A stretch of 63,809 nucleotides of DNA, filler included, from Moniliella sp. 'wahieum' (taxonomy: Eukaryota), in the NCBI GenBank assembly GCA_003971905.1. It is 3 parts of 3 records of this genome, joined end to end, with 100 filler letters (N's around TTAATTAATTAA, not from the genome) between each part and the next. Parts side by side here need not be neighbours in the genome. Positions count along the whole stretch, not along the records: positions 1 to 24,955 come from RSEE01000181.1; 2 more parts are not named here. One strand, written 5' to 3'. The notes under the pieces are model-generated. The model was not told the DNA's origin. It did no database searches and saw only the letters and a program-made list of their open reading frames with translations. The first letter of the stretch is position 1; every line of letters starts with the position of its first letter. The position numbers were made by a program, and so were the translations under genes. Positions 1 through 10,153 of this stretch are shown here, piece by piece.

Positions 1-24
1 CCCTAACCCTAACCCTAACCCTAA
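1..24. repeat. Telomeric repeat (CCCTAA)4, i.e. TTAGGG-type chromosome end
   Basis: The window begins ccctaaccctaaccctaaccctaa, with the C-rich strand 5', as expected at a left chromosome end. Degenerate telomere-like units follow at about 167-227. Confidence 0.9.
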
Positions 25-80
25 GGGGAGGGCCGAGGGTAGATAGCGAGCTACCCGAAGGGGAGAGAGTTATGCCGAGG

Positions 81-372
81 CGATAGCTCGCTACGAAATC
101 GTCCGCTCTATGCAGCATATGCCCTCCGTTTTCCCATCCGACGCCCCGTTCAAAAGTTACACCCACCCCACCCTAACCCTCACCCCCTCACCCACCCCAC
201 CCTAACCCTCACCCCCCTCACCCACCACCATGCCTGACACACCCCCCGACACACCCCATGCCTGACACACCCCCCGATGGCCTCGACGATAGCTCGCTAC
301 GAAATCGTCCGCTCTATGCAGCATATGCCCTCCGTTTTTCCATTCGACGCCCGTTCAAAGTTACACCCCACC
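81..372. repeat. Subtelomeric ~87-bp direct repeat pair (81-167 and 287-372) separated by degenerate telomere-like C-rich repeats
   Basis: Both copies read cgatagctcgctacgaaatcgtccgctctatgcagcatatgccctccgtttt...gttcaaa(a)gttacaccc with few differences. Confidence 0.9.
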
Positions 373-473
373 TACCCTAGCCCTACCACCATCACCCTCC
401 ACCATGCGTGACACACACACCACCACCCGTGACACACCCCACACACACCACCCGTGACACACAGGACACACGA

Positions 474-625
474 CATGGGACACACCACCAAGTGGGACTC
501 ACCACAAGGGACACCCCACATAGGACACAGGACATGGGACAACACCAAGTAGGACTCACCACATGGGACACACCACCAAGTGGGACTCACCACATGGGAC
601 TCACCACCAGGTGGGACTGACCACA
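474..625. repeat. Subtelomeric minisatellite, ~31-bp unit catgggacacaccaccaagtgggactcacca built from tgggactcaccac subunits
   Basis: Near-identical units at about 474, 533, 562 and 593. Confidence 0.85.
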
Positions 626-736
626 CTGTGGTAGCTGAATTTTGGTGACGGGGCCAACATTCCTGTCTGAGACATGTCTCAGTACTAATTGAGCCGCGTT
701 TTCACTGGACACATCACATGCCAATATAAGGCTAGG

Positions 737-1031
737 AATTGCAAATCATCAAGTGATTTCAAACTCATACGTCTAGGCAGCAGCGGTGCGCGTGGGGTGT
801 GCAGTGACAGTGGCGGTGGCGGTGGCGGTGGTGGCGGTGGCGGTGCGTTGGTCAGTACAGTCAGCGGTGAGATAGTCACCCATCAGGGGCTCTCGGCCCG
901 CCGGCCGGGCCAAGAGCTTGTACGGTTTTCATCAAGTGGGCTCGCGATTCTTCACCTACTGGTTTTTGAAACAAGGTGGGGGCCGATTTGAAATTGCAAA
1001 TCATCAAGTGATTTCAAACACATACATCTAG
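737..1031. repeat. 40-bp direct repeat pair (737-776, 992-1031) flanking a (GGCGGT)n tract
   Basis: aattgcaaatcatcaagtgatttcaaac[t/a]catac[g/a]tctag, with 2 mismatches between copies. Confidence 0.9.
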
Positions 1032-1101
1032 AGTCGCTGTCGCCTACTGTGTTACTGCGGATCGATCCTAAGCGAGAAATGGAGCCGAGCTGCGCGCTTC
1101 G

Positions 1102-1653
1102 TCAGAGATTAAGCTCGTCTTTCTTGGGTTGCTGAGCGGGGTTGGGGCGGCAAACGCTAAACGCGTCACCCACATGAACACAAGGGTCCATCTCTCTCTC
1201 TGAGGGAGGCACCAGAGGGCACACAGGCCTAACATCGCAAGTGACGGAAGTGCTCTCAGGAACATATATGGCTGCTAGGGTACCCGCCACTGTGTCATCA
1301 ACGTTCAACACCGACCTGTCCATGTTTGAACCTAATACTATGCACGAGTACTTGAACTTGTGGAGAGATACAACAGATGTGAGTCGATGCAGGCACGCAC
1401 TTGGCGAAGGCTAATGAGTAGGGTGCGCGGTGAGGCTCGCCAGCGGCTTGCCCCGGCGCGGGAAAGGCTGGATTAATCGCATACTGAGATGAGATGGCCG
1501 CGTATATCCTTCCGAGCTCGCACCAGTCTTCTGAATGACTCATCAGTCACAGACGCTCCTTAGTGCAATACAACGTTTAGTGCTCACATCCCGTGGTAGT
1601 AGCGAGGCCGAAAGAATGGGATAAGGACCGGAGCTGCAACCAGTGTGTAGCAT
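1102..1653 (-). CDS. Candidate small secreted Cys-rich protein (effector-like), one intron 1587-1531, frameshifted
   Basis: ATG at 1653 is followed by a hydrophobic segment (TLVAAPVLIPF.. SASLLPRD). A GTGAGC...GACTGAT...TTCAG intron follows. The C-terminal half carries about 7 Cys (KCVPASTHICC, TCDVRPVC, PCVHVGDAFSVC). TATAAA lies on the minus strand at 1830-1825. No family recognised. Confidence 0.35.
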
Positions 1654-2530
1654 TGAGGGGGAACGGGGGACAGGACAAAACAGGAAGGGGGGGGCGGTTT
1701 TGGGTACGGGCAACCTAAGCTAAAAGAGCACGGGGCGACTATCGTTTCCAGATTGAATCTGACCCCATGACCAACCTGGGGATGGGAATAGGAAGGCGAC
1801 AGGCGCACATAGGCTTCGTCAGGCTTTATACTAACCACGACACTGGTCGCAGGAAACTAGATTCGATTTTGTTGAAGATGTACGCGGCCACCCCCCCCCC
1901 CCCCGCCTTCACGCTTCAGGTATAGTATGAGAGCGGGCATAGGATCTAACTGATAGGAATCAAGTCATTGGGTGTGGTATGCACATACATACCACAGGCG
2001 GATCCCAAGGGCAATGGCATGTCGTAAAGTCGAGACAAGAGGAATGCGGACCAAGGGATTCAATTTAGATTGTAAGGATAGGGCCAGAAACGAAACAGAA
2101 TCAGTGGGTTTCGAGCCAGTGGCGACGAGTCTCCAATCCCAATATAGTTGGTGAAAGCATCAGGGAGGGTGGATTCTAACATCATAGCAATCATAGTGGG
2201 ACTTTGCCCCAGGGGCCGTGGCATTACCCGTGATCGATCATGGTGATCTTCCAGGTTGGGAGAGCAGTAGGGAGCAGGTGCGGCGGGAAGGGACGCATGC
2301 GGAGGGTGCGACGGAAGACAGGGCTCAAATAGGACCAGCAACGCTGGATGTGGTGCCGGGTCGTTGATCTGGCACATGGAGTGTGTACAGAAGAGGGCGG
2401 CTGATAACCCTTCCTTGATCAGCCTCAACGATGACCCACCAGACTGCATTTTCATTCATCGATCGGCCCATCCAACCCGTATCCACCTCAGCACTTGGCC
2501 AGTCTCCCCGCCGCCCCAACACATACACAT

Positions 2531-3591
2531 TTAGCGGTCCAAGAACGCGGCTATTTGGCTTGCCCACAGCTCTGGAGGCCCAAAATCCCACCACAGATGG
2601 CCAAACGCGTCTCCCACCGCCGGGTTCGTCACACGTACAGCGTGTGGCAGTGCGTCCAACAACGATTGGGCTGCGCTCGGGGGAACCACTAGATCTTGGC
2701 CGACGATGAGCGCGATGCGTCGCTGGGCCTCCTGTGGTAGACGCGCAAGGGATGGAGCGGTCTCCACACCTGCAGCCAAACGGGCCTGGGCCTTGATCAA
2801 ATCCAGCGGGCGTTGGGCGCTTTAGAACAAACAGGGCAAAGCAAAACAAAATAAAGCAGAACAATGTCAGTGATATGCCTCGTTAGCACAGCGTTGTGCC
2901 TTTGCCAGTCAGGGGAGTGGCCACATCGACTCACATTGTTTCCGCAAGGAATCGCTTGCGCCGGACAAAGTGTTCGTGGTGTGCAACGAAGATTCATCGG
3001 CATAGCCAGGACGATACAGCTCACGGGCGATGGCGGCGGCCCAGGCGGGAGGGTCGTCGCGCAGCTTGGAAATAGACGGTTCCGGGCGAGCAGCATGGCG
3101 ATCCGGCGCATCTTGCGGACGCGAGACGAGGAGGGGCGAGGCAAAGGAGGTGGCCAGGACGGCATGGGGAAAGGTGATGCCTTCGAACTGGAACTCGCCC
3201 GTGTCCGAACGCGGTGGCTGGGCCAGAAGCAGGTGCTGGACCACGACGGAGCCCAAGCTCCACCCGAGCAGATCGGCCCTGGCGACGCCCAGAGACCGGA
3301 GCACGTCGGCCACGTCGCGGGCCAAGTGGGCCATGGTCAGATCGGACGCGGCCTGGCCGGGAGCCAGCAGCGGCGACGCGCCCATGCCGCGCGATTCGAG
3401 CGCCACCACGGGCCGGCGCGCGCCGGCGTGGGCCAGGAGACGCGGGAGGGCAAACCAGTCGTGTTGAGATGGCAGGCGCCGGTGACGAGCAACAGCGGCA
3501 CGCCGCTGGCCACGTCGCCGTACACGTCGTACGCAATCTGCGCCTGGTCGCGCGCCACAGCCGACGCGGATGGGAGGATAGCGGCGCGCAT
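2531..3591 (-). CDS. Alpha/beta-fold hydrolase (frameshifted; probable intron near 2815-2910)
   Basis: QIAYDVYG..PLLLVTG, VALESRGMGAS, nucleophile elbow ADLLGWSLGS, acid motif GQDLVVP, catalytic His FGHL, ending QIAAFLDR*. Confidence 0.85.
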
Positions 3592-3814
3592 ATATGGCGC
3601 AGTGGTGGGGGGACTACTACGGGTTCTGGGAAAGTGAAACACGGCCGTGCACGCCCGAGGCACGCTGACGTCATGGCCGCATCAGCACCTCAGCCACGCC
3701 CCACCGCCAAATAAAACAGTAGGCGAGCTGAGGCGCTGAGGAGCCTTCTTGACACCATCCATACCCATCCATCCATCCATCCATCTCGCCATCCCCACCA
3801 CCACCACCACCACC

Positions 3815-4829
3815 ATGTCTGCTGCTGCTACGCGTGCACGCCTCTTGGCCGACGCGCAGAGGATCGTGCCGCCACTGAGCGAGGCCTGCACAAGGGCCAA
3901 GCTGGCCGCGTCGGCGTTGTGGGCGGCAGCAAGGACTACACGGGCGCGCCATACTTTGCCTCCATGTCCAGCATGCGTCTCGGTGCCGATATGACTCACA
4001 CCATCTGCGAGCCTGATGCAGGCAACGTGATCAAGACCTACTCGCCCGACCTGATTGTCCATCGCGTTCTCGCCGCCACCAGCAGCGCCGACACCATCCG
4101 CGCCGAGTTGAGTTCCATCTTTGAACGCTTGCACAGCGTCGTCATTGGTCCCGGGCTCGGCCGCGACGACACATGCAAGCATGTGCCAAGATTGCGGTGC
4201 AGCTGGCGCGGGAGAAGGGCATCTGGACAGTGATTGATGCGGATGGTCTGTGGTTGATCCAGCACGACCCCAGTCTGGTCAAGGGGTTTGCGCAGTGCGT
4301 CTTGACGCCCAACGTGGTCGAGTTTGGTCGGCTTCTGAAGGCCACGGGCATTGACCCGCACCAGGACAATCCGCTCAAGGCGCTCGCCCTCGCCCTGGCC
4401 GGCCCGACCATCGTGCAGAAGGGACGTGTGGACCAGATCATGTCCCCCACTGGCCATGTGGCCGAATGCGACGACAAGGGTTCTCTCAAGCGCGCCGGCG
4501 GGCAGGGGGACATTCTGTCTGGCACACTGGGCACTTTATGGCCTGGGCGAGGATTTATTACGAGTCGCACAAGGACAAGAAGGATGCCATCCCCTTGACC
4601 AACTTGCCTCTGACTGCGGCCTTTGGCGCGTGCGCTACCACCCGCCTCTCCTCCAATGGCGCATTCCGCCGGCTGGGTCGCGCCATGCTGGCCGACGACC
4701 TGTTGCAAGAGGTAGGACCGGCGTATGCTACGTAAGTACTTCTCTTGCGCATCCCAGCTGACAAAGGAATGGTTCGATCTGACACTTCTGGCAACCAGGC
4801 TGTTTGGCGACCCGACCTCGGCTCTCTAG
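3815..4829 (+). CDS. NNR2: ATP-dependent (S)-NAD(P)H-hydrate dehydratase (YjeF-C/CARKD family), intron 4732-4798
   Basis: [77 protein letters not shown]. Confidence 0.93.
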
Positions 4830-4938
4830 TCGGCCGGGTATGCGTTTAGAAACGGGCGGGAGGGGCAGATGGCCCACCCCACCAGACATGAGCAGAGCGG
4901 TAGTAATAGTACATGGATCACAATGTGCATCAACCAAA

Positions 4939-5578
4939 CTAGTCGTCGAGGTCCATCGACCTATACACACCACAAACAAAACATGCAGAGTTAGTATCGC
5001 AGCCTCCTCAAAAGCAACTGAGCAAAAGAAGCGAGGATGCAAACGCACATTTTGGTGCCAGAGCCCGCTTGGAGCGCCGAGTTGGCAGCGCGGGCATTGC
5101 GGGCCTTGATTTTGATCTGTTCCAATCGGGACGCAGCGCCTTCTCCTTGGCGAGCATGTCGCGGAGGTGGGAGTGGCGGGCAACGGCGAGACGGTCGCGG
5201 TTGAGCTTGCCCTTCTTGTTGGCGCCGCGGCGGCCATGCGGGCGCGGAAGAAGGCCTTCTCGCGACGAACCTTGATCTGGGCAATGCGGCCCATGGCCTG
5301 GAGCGTGGCCGCGTACAGCTCGCGGTTGTAGCGCACCGGAACGTTTCTCCGCTTCTCAAACTCAAGCGTGGCATCCACGGTCATCTCCTTGCCGGCGGCC
5401 TTGCGGAAGGCCTTGGTCCAGCGCACCTTGCGTGGGTTGCGCTTCAGCTTGAAGTTGTTGTGGCACTTGGAGCGGCAGAAGGCAAACACCTTGGCGTCGT
5501 TGCGCACGAACGTGACGCCGTGGCCGGGTAGAGGGTAGAGGGGTGGGAGCAGAAGTAGCAGTGTTGGATGCGCACCAT
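4939..5578 (-). CDS. RLP24: Ribosome biogenesis protein Rlp24 (L24e family), probable 3' intron at about 5049-4961
   Basis: [82 protein letters not shown]. Confidence 0.95.
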
Positions 5579-6172
5579 GGTGGGCGCGACGGCAAGCGAA
5601 GACGAGGCGCCAAGGGAGTGGTGGTGGAGTGTGGAGGTGGTGTCTGCGGGGCCCGCCTCGGCCGCGTGCTCGCTGTGGATCTCGCGAAAAAAGAAAAAAA
5701 AAAATGCGGGCGAAAAGCAGACGTAAGCGCATAACGCACCCCGAAGCACAACCAGAAATGAAATGTAAAGCAATGTTGAGCACAGACGCTCGATCGTCTC
5801 AAAATTGGCCTTTTACCCCACATTATAATTTAGTTGTCGATATGTAACCAGCAAATTAAGTCGATCAACCAAAACTCTCGAAAAGCCATGCCTGAATCGT
5901 GCCAGAGTCGATTGATCTCGCATGCTGTGAGTAAAAGGGTGTTCGCTGCTTTTTGAACATGGTGTCGATTGGGTTAAATTCTGCGGTTGACACTCGAACA
6001 AGAGGCGAAAGGAGTGAACAAAGATGAGCTGCGCGACGAAGGACCAAAACATCATCGGAGCATGTCGCCCACACGCGAATGTTCGACTAATAGTAGAGTC
6101 ATGTTCGGAACATCGACACGGATAATGTGTGTTTAGCAAGAATGCGCCACAGGTGCTTCTGTTCGTGCAGGC

Positions 6173-6598
6173 ATGGCAGTGCTCCTCTCTTAGCCCTTCT
6201 TGGCATGGCGTCCGCGGGGTCCCATCCCCCCACAAAGTGCTGTGTAGGACATGGAAAAGGAACTGAAGGTGGCTCGGTTAGCTGGTCGAGAGCGCACACC
6301 GCCGATCCTCCTGCCAACAAGAAGCCTTAATATGACGCGGATTACCAATCCGTGGGAAATGGGACTATCATCAGCTGTCGTCACAGTAAAAGTATATGAT
6401 GGGTGTAGTGTGGCATATGTGTTTTTGCATGTCCAACAATGCCGTCGCCAACGACATTTTCCAGTGTGTTTCGACCAAGGGTGTCCACCCCAATACAGCA
6501 CAGTTGCTATTAGCTCTTGGATCCACAAAGGCGGGTGTGGTATCGGGGCCGGCGACGGACCACTCTTACCCGGTGTGTATGTGTGGGAGGCGTATTAG
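6173..6598 (+). CDS. Candidate small secreted Cys-containing protein (frameshifted)
   Basis: With one indel corrected the N-terminus reads MAVLL(L)LALLGMASA/GSHPPTKCCVGHGKG. Downstream frames give VKVYDGCSVAY, CMSNNAVANDIFQCVST and GCPPQYSTVAISSWIHKGGCGIG..WEAY*. Lies in a lower-GC island. Confidence 0.35.
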
Positions 6599-7874
6599 TG
6601 TGGTCATAACCCCACTGTGTGGGATCACACTCGCCATGGTTGCGACCTTTCCTACTCGTCGGGTCCATCGCACCTCTCACGTCGCACCCAAGAACAACTA
6701 AACCGCACGGGATCATCTCTCCGCTACTCCGACGGCCAAGCTGCAGTGGAGACTTGGTAGAGGTACTGCAGGCAGTGTATACCAGGGCGAGCGCGTGGGC
6801 TGGCCCCCTATCCGGTCAAGGTGCTGCATCCGTTGGTCGCGGTAGCGGGTAGCTCGGACCAAAGCGCCTGTCAGTCTTAGTAGTGGCCTGCCACGCGAGG
6901 TGATCGGGTAGGACCAAGAACAGCCAGTGGACAGTGGCTGATGGCAACCTCCGAAGGCCACCGTTCCTGTCGCCTCTTTTGAGGCTGTTGGATTGGGACG
7001 TGAGCCTGGAACAGGAGAGATTGAAACAGAGAAGGAGGCGGGGGGAGGCGGAGACAAGCCGCCGGGCCTTTGCCTTGGTTGTTGAACAAGTGAACCGTGC
7101 GCAGCAAGGTGTCTGCGCCGAGAGGGTGTCCAAGCCCTCTCTTGGTGAGGTATTTGGCCGACTCTCCTTACCTATGGGCTGAGAAGAGAACTGAACAACT
7201 ACATCATAAGCTCAAAGCGTTCTCATCGTGAAAAGACGAGAACAGGAGATGGCTTCCCCAAAAGGGGGATAACTGGCCACTCGAACGATCACAGCGAGAA
7301 ACACAGCCGTGCCACTCGGTCTCTCTCTTGGTCAAGCAGAGATTGGTGGCAACCGCCAGACGCCCAAAGCAAAAGCCTGCCGAAACTGAAGGTGCTGAGA
7401 GAAAGCGGGTAGTAGAATGCGATGACTACTTTGTTGCCGCAATGAGTCTCCATACAACCCAAACCAGCTCTCCTCCCGCATCCTTTTCACATACCCACAC
7501 TCTCTCTGTTGCCACCACATATCCTCGCTCTGGGCAGGGTTAGACCAGCACTCCCTCCGCATTCCCTTTTCGTGCTAGGCCGAACCGCGCCACGAACGAC
7601 AGCCTCATCCCCCAGCTTAGGGATGCACAGAGGGCACATCCATCCGAAGCCACTGCGGGTCTGTGGAGAGCACCACAGAGTAATAGCACCAGAGTGGCAG
7701 GATCTAGCTCCTAGGATGTGCGCGCAGTGGGTGGACATCGAATCCGACCGAACCAGCTGGCGGTCCGCGGCTGTAGGACTCGCTGAGTATATCTACTTGA
7801 GTGGGCGGCAGGCGATCCCATCCCCCGCCACCGTGTCACGTGCTGACACACGTCACGCGCTGGGTCCAGCAATC

Positions 7875-9670
7875 ATGCATCAGGCGCGTCCAACGCTAGG
7901 GTTGGGGCGGGTTGCGCGTCGCGTGCAAGCCAAGCAATCTTCGGGGGGTGCTGGTGGTTAGCTCATCTGCACTTGTGCCCCCCTGCGACGACGACGACCA
8001 CCACCACCAACCCCTACGACCATCACGACGACCATGGCGATCGCACCACGTACGACGCGGTTGTTGCTGGGGCGCCCAAGGTGGAATGCAAAGCGCAGGC
8101 GCGGCTGGAGCAGCCGCTGGGGTCGCGGGTGTACACGGCGCAGTATGCGCCGCTGTACGATGCGCGGCTGCAGATGCTGCGTGGGCGGCTGCGGGGTGTG
8201 GCAGAGCGCGTGTGGGGAGCGCGTGCGCGGATCGACCCGAGGTGGACCCGGACGGGGCGGCGTTGGTTGGAACAAGAAGAGCTAGATGCCGAGAGAGCGG
8301 AAGAGGTACCGGCGCTGGCGCCCAAAGTGCTCGGTCTCCGACCCGGTCAAACGTCGGCGATTGTAGGCGTGGTGTATGCCGCGCCGTCGGCCAAGCCCAA
8401 TGTGCTCACCGAGTTGGCACGCGAACTTTCGCTCCCGCCGCAACCCATCCCAGCCACCTACCTCGCCGGCACCGAGCCGGCCGAGGTGTATCTGGAAGAC
8501 GAGAGTGGCCGGGTGCAGCTGGTGGGCCCAGCGTTGGGTCCGCCTCCGGGCGGCAAGGGACTGCAGTTCAGCTTGGTGACGGGCGTGTGATGGCCGTACT
8601 GGGGGGGAAAACCAAGACGGGCAATTCGTGGTGCAGGACGTGGCGTATCCCGATGGCTTTTCGGGCGCCATGCCACGGCACGTGCACGAGTCGTTGGAAG
8701 GCCTGCCGGGCAAGCGGACGGGCCCGAATGGATTGCCGTCGTGGCCGGCCTGGCCGAGGGCGCACCCAAGCCCGACGAGTGGTCCGAGCCGGCACAGGCG
8801 CCGGTGCGACGGCAGTTGCTGGCCGAGTGGCTGACGGGCGAGCTGGGCCTGGGTCTGGGTCAGGATCAGACGCAGGGGTCCAGCTCCGACGCGGGGCACG
8901 ACGAGGCAAGCCAGGTGGTGCGCTGGTGATTGCTGGCGATTCGTTTGCGCCGCTCAACGAGCAGGGCGTCTCGGCCGACTACCGGGAGAAGACGCCGTCG
9001 CACGCGGCCAGTGTCGCGCGCACTACGGCGTTGCATGCGCTGGACAGTTTTTGGCCGACTTGACGTGCACCATGCCGGTGCACGTGCGCAGCCGGCAGCG
9101 CGGATCCGGTGCCGTGCTTGTTGCCGCAGCAGCCGGTGCACCAGGCGCTGCTGCCCAAGAGTGGGCGGTGGAGCGGGCTGGTGCGGGAGACGAACCGGGG
9201 TGGATTGGGGTGCCACGAGGAGGGGATGCGCCGACGCGCACGCTGCTGTCGGTGGCGGGGGAGGAAACGGTGCGGGACATTGGCAAGTACTGGCCGGCGG
9301 GGTGGACGGGTGCACTGCGGACGGCGGTGGCTGACGCTGCACTGGCACCACATGGCGCCGACGGCGCCGGACACGCTGTGGGGTGTGCCGGCGACGGGGG
9401 TGGATCCGTTTGTGGTGGCGGAGTGGCCGGATGTGTATGTGGTGGGGGGGCAGCCGGCGGTGTGGGACGGCGTTGGTGGAGCGTACGTGGCTATCTGTTG
9501 GTGTGGGTGTGGGTGGGTGTGGGTGCTAACCAGCTATTTGGGGCAGACACAACAAGCAAGAAGACGACGCGGGTGGTGCTGCTGCCGTCGTTTGCGCACA
9601 CAGGCCAGGTGGCGTGGTGAATGTGGCCAGCCTGCGCGTGCGCCTCGTGACGGTGGGGGTGGATCTATAA
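7875..9670 (+). CDS. POL31: DNA polymerase delta small subunit (Pol31/POLD2), frameshifted, intron near 9483-9546; start uncertain
   Basis: QYAPLYDARL, KPNVL, VYLEDESGRVQL, LVTG, LVIAGDS, LPQQPVH, HMAPTAPDTLW, DPFVV..WPDVYVVGGQP, RVVLLPSF. Confidence 0.92.
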
Positions 9671-10153
9671 ACACAGTCTTTGCATTCGGACCTAAGCCGC
9701 CGTAGCGCGCGGGGGGGCTGCGATCGATGATCGATGCAGATGCGCTGCAGGGGGACAGCGGCATGACGTCAGGGCAGCAGGCGCAGGGCGGGGGAGAGCG
9801 GTGCAGTGCGGGCGGCGGGCGGCTGCGCTGCCGGGCGGGCCGAAGTGGGCGGGACAGGCACCGGGCGCAGTAGGTTGTATTGTTGGCCGTGCCGTGCCTG
9901 GGCAGCGCTCACCCTCTGGGCCGATCGCAGCAGACAGGCACGGGGCCACACGCCCTGCGCAGCGCTGAGTCTCAGCAGCGCATGCGCAGGCGCCGTGCAG
10001 CAAATAGCACGCCCACCGCACACGTGACCTTAGGGTCGCCTTTCCCCCCCCCCCCCATTGACCATCCCACCCTCACCCTCGTCGCCCCCACCGCGAACCC
10101 CCTCCCCCCCCACCCTCGCCCCTCGCCCCCATCCCCGGCGGGGCTTCGCCGCC

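Noticed and set aside
474..625. CRISPR-like array
   Set aside because: There are no unique spacers, the context is eukaryotic, and no cas genes are present. It is a subtelomeric minisatellite.
2095..2165. tRNA or SINE-like fragment (GGCTCGAAACC B-box-like motif on the minus strand)
   Set aside because: No acceptor, D or anticodon stems could be paired.
6700..7800. Additional gene or transposon remnant upstream of POL31
   Set aside because: Only short unrelated ORFs were seen, with no transposase or RT motifs, terminal repeats or convincing signal peptide.
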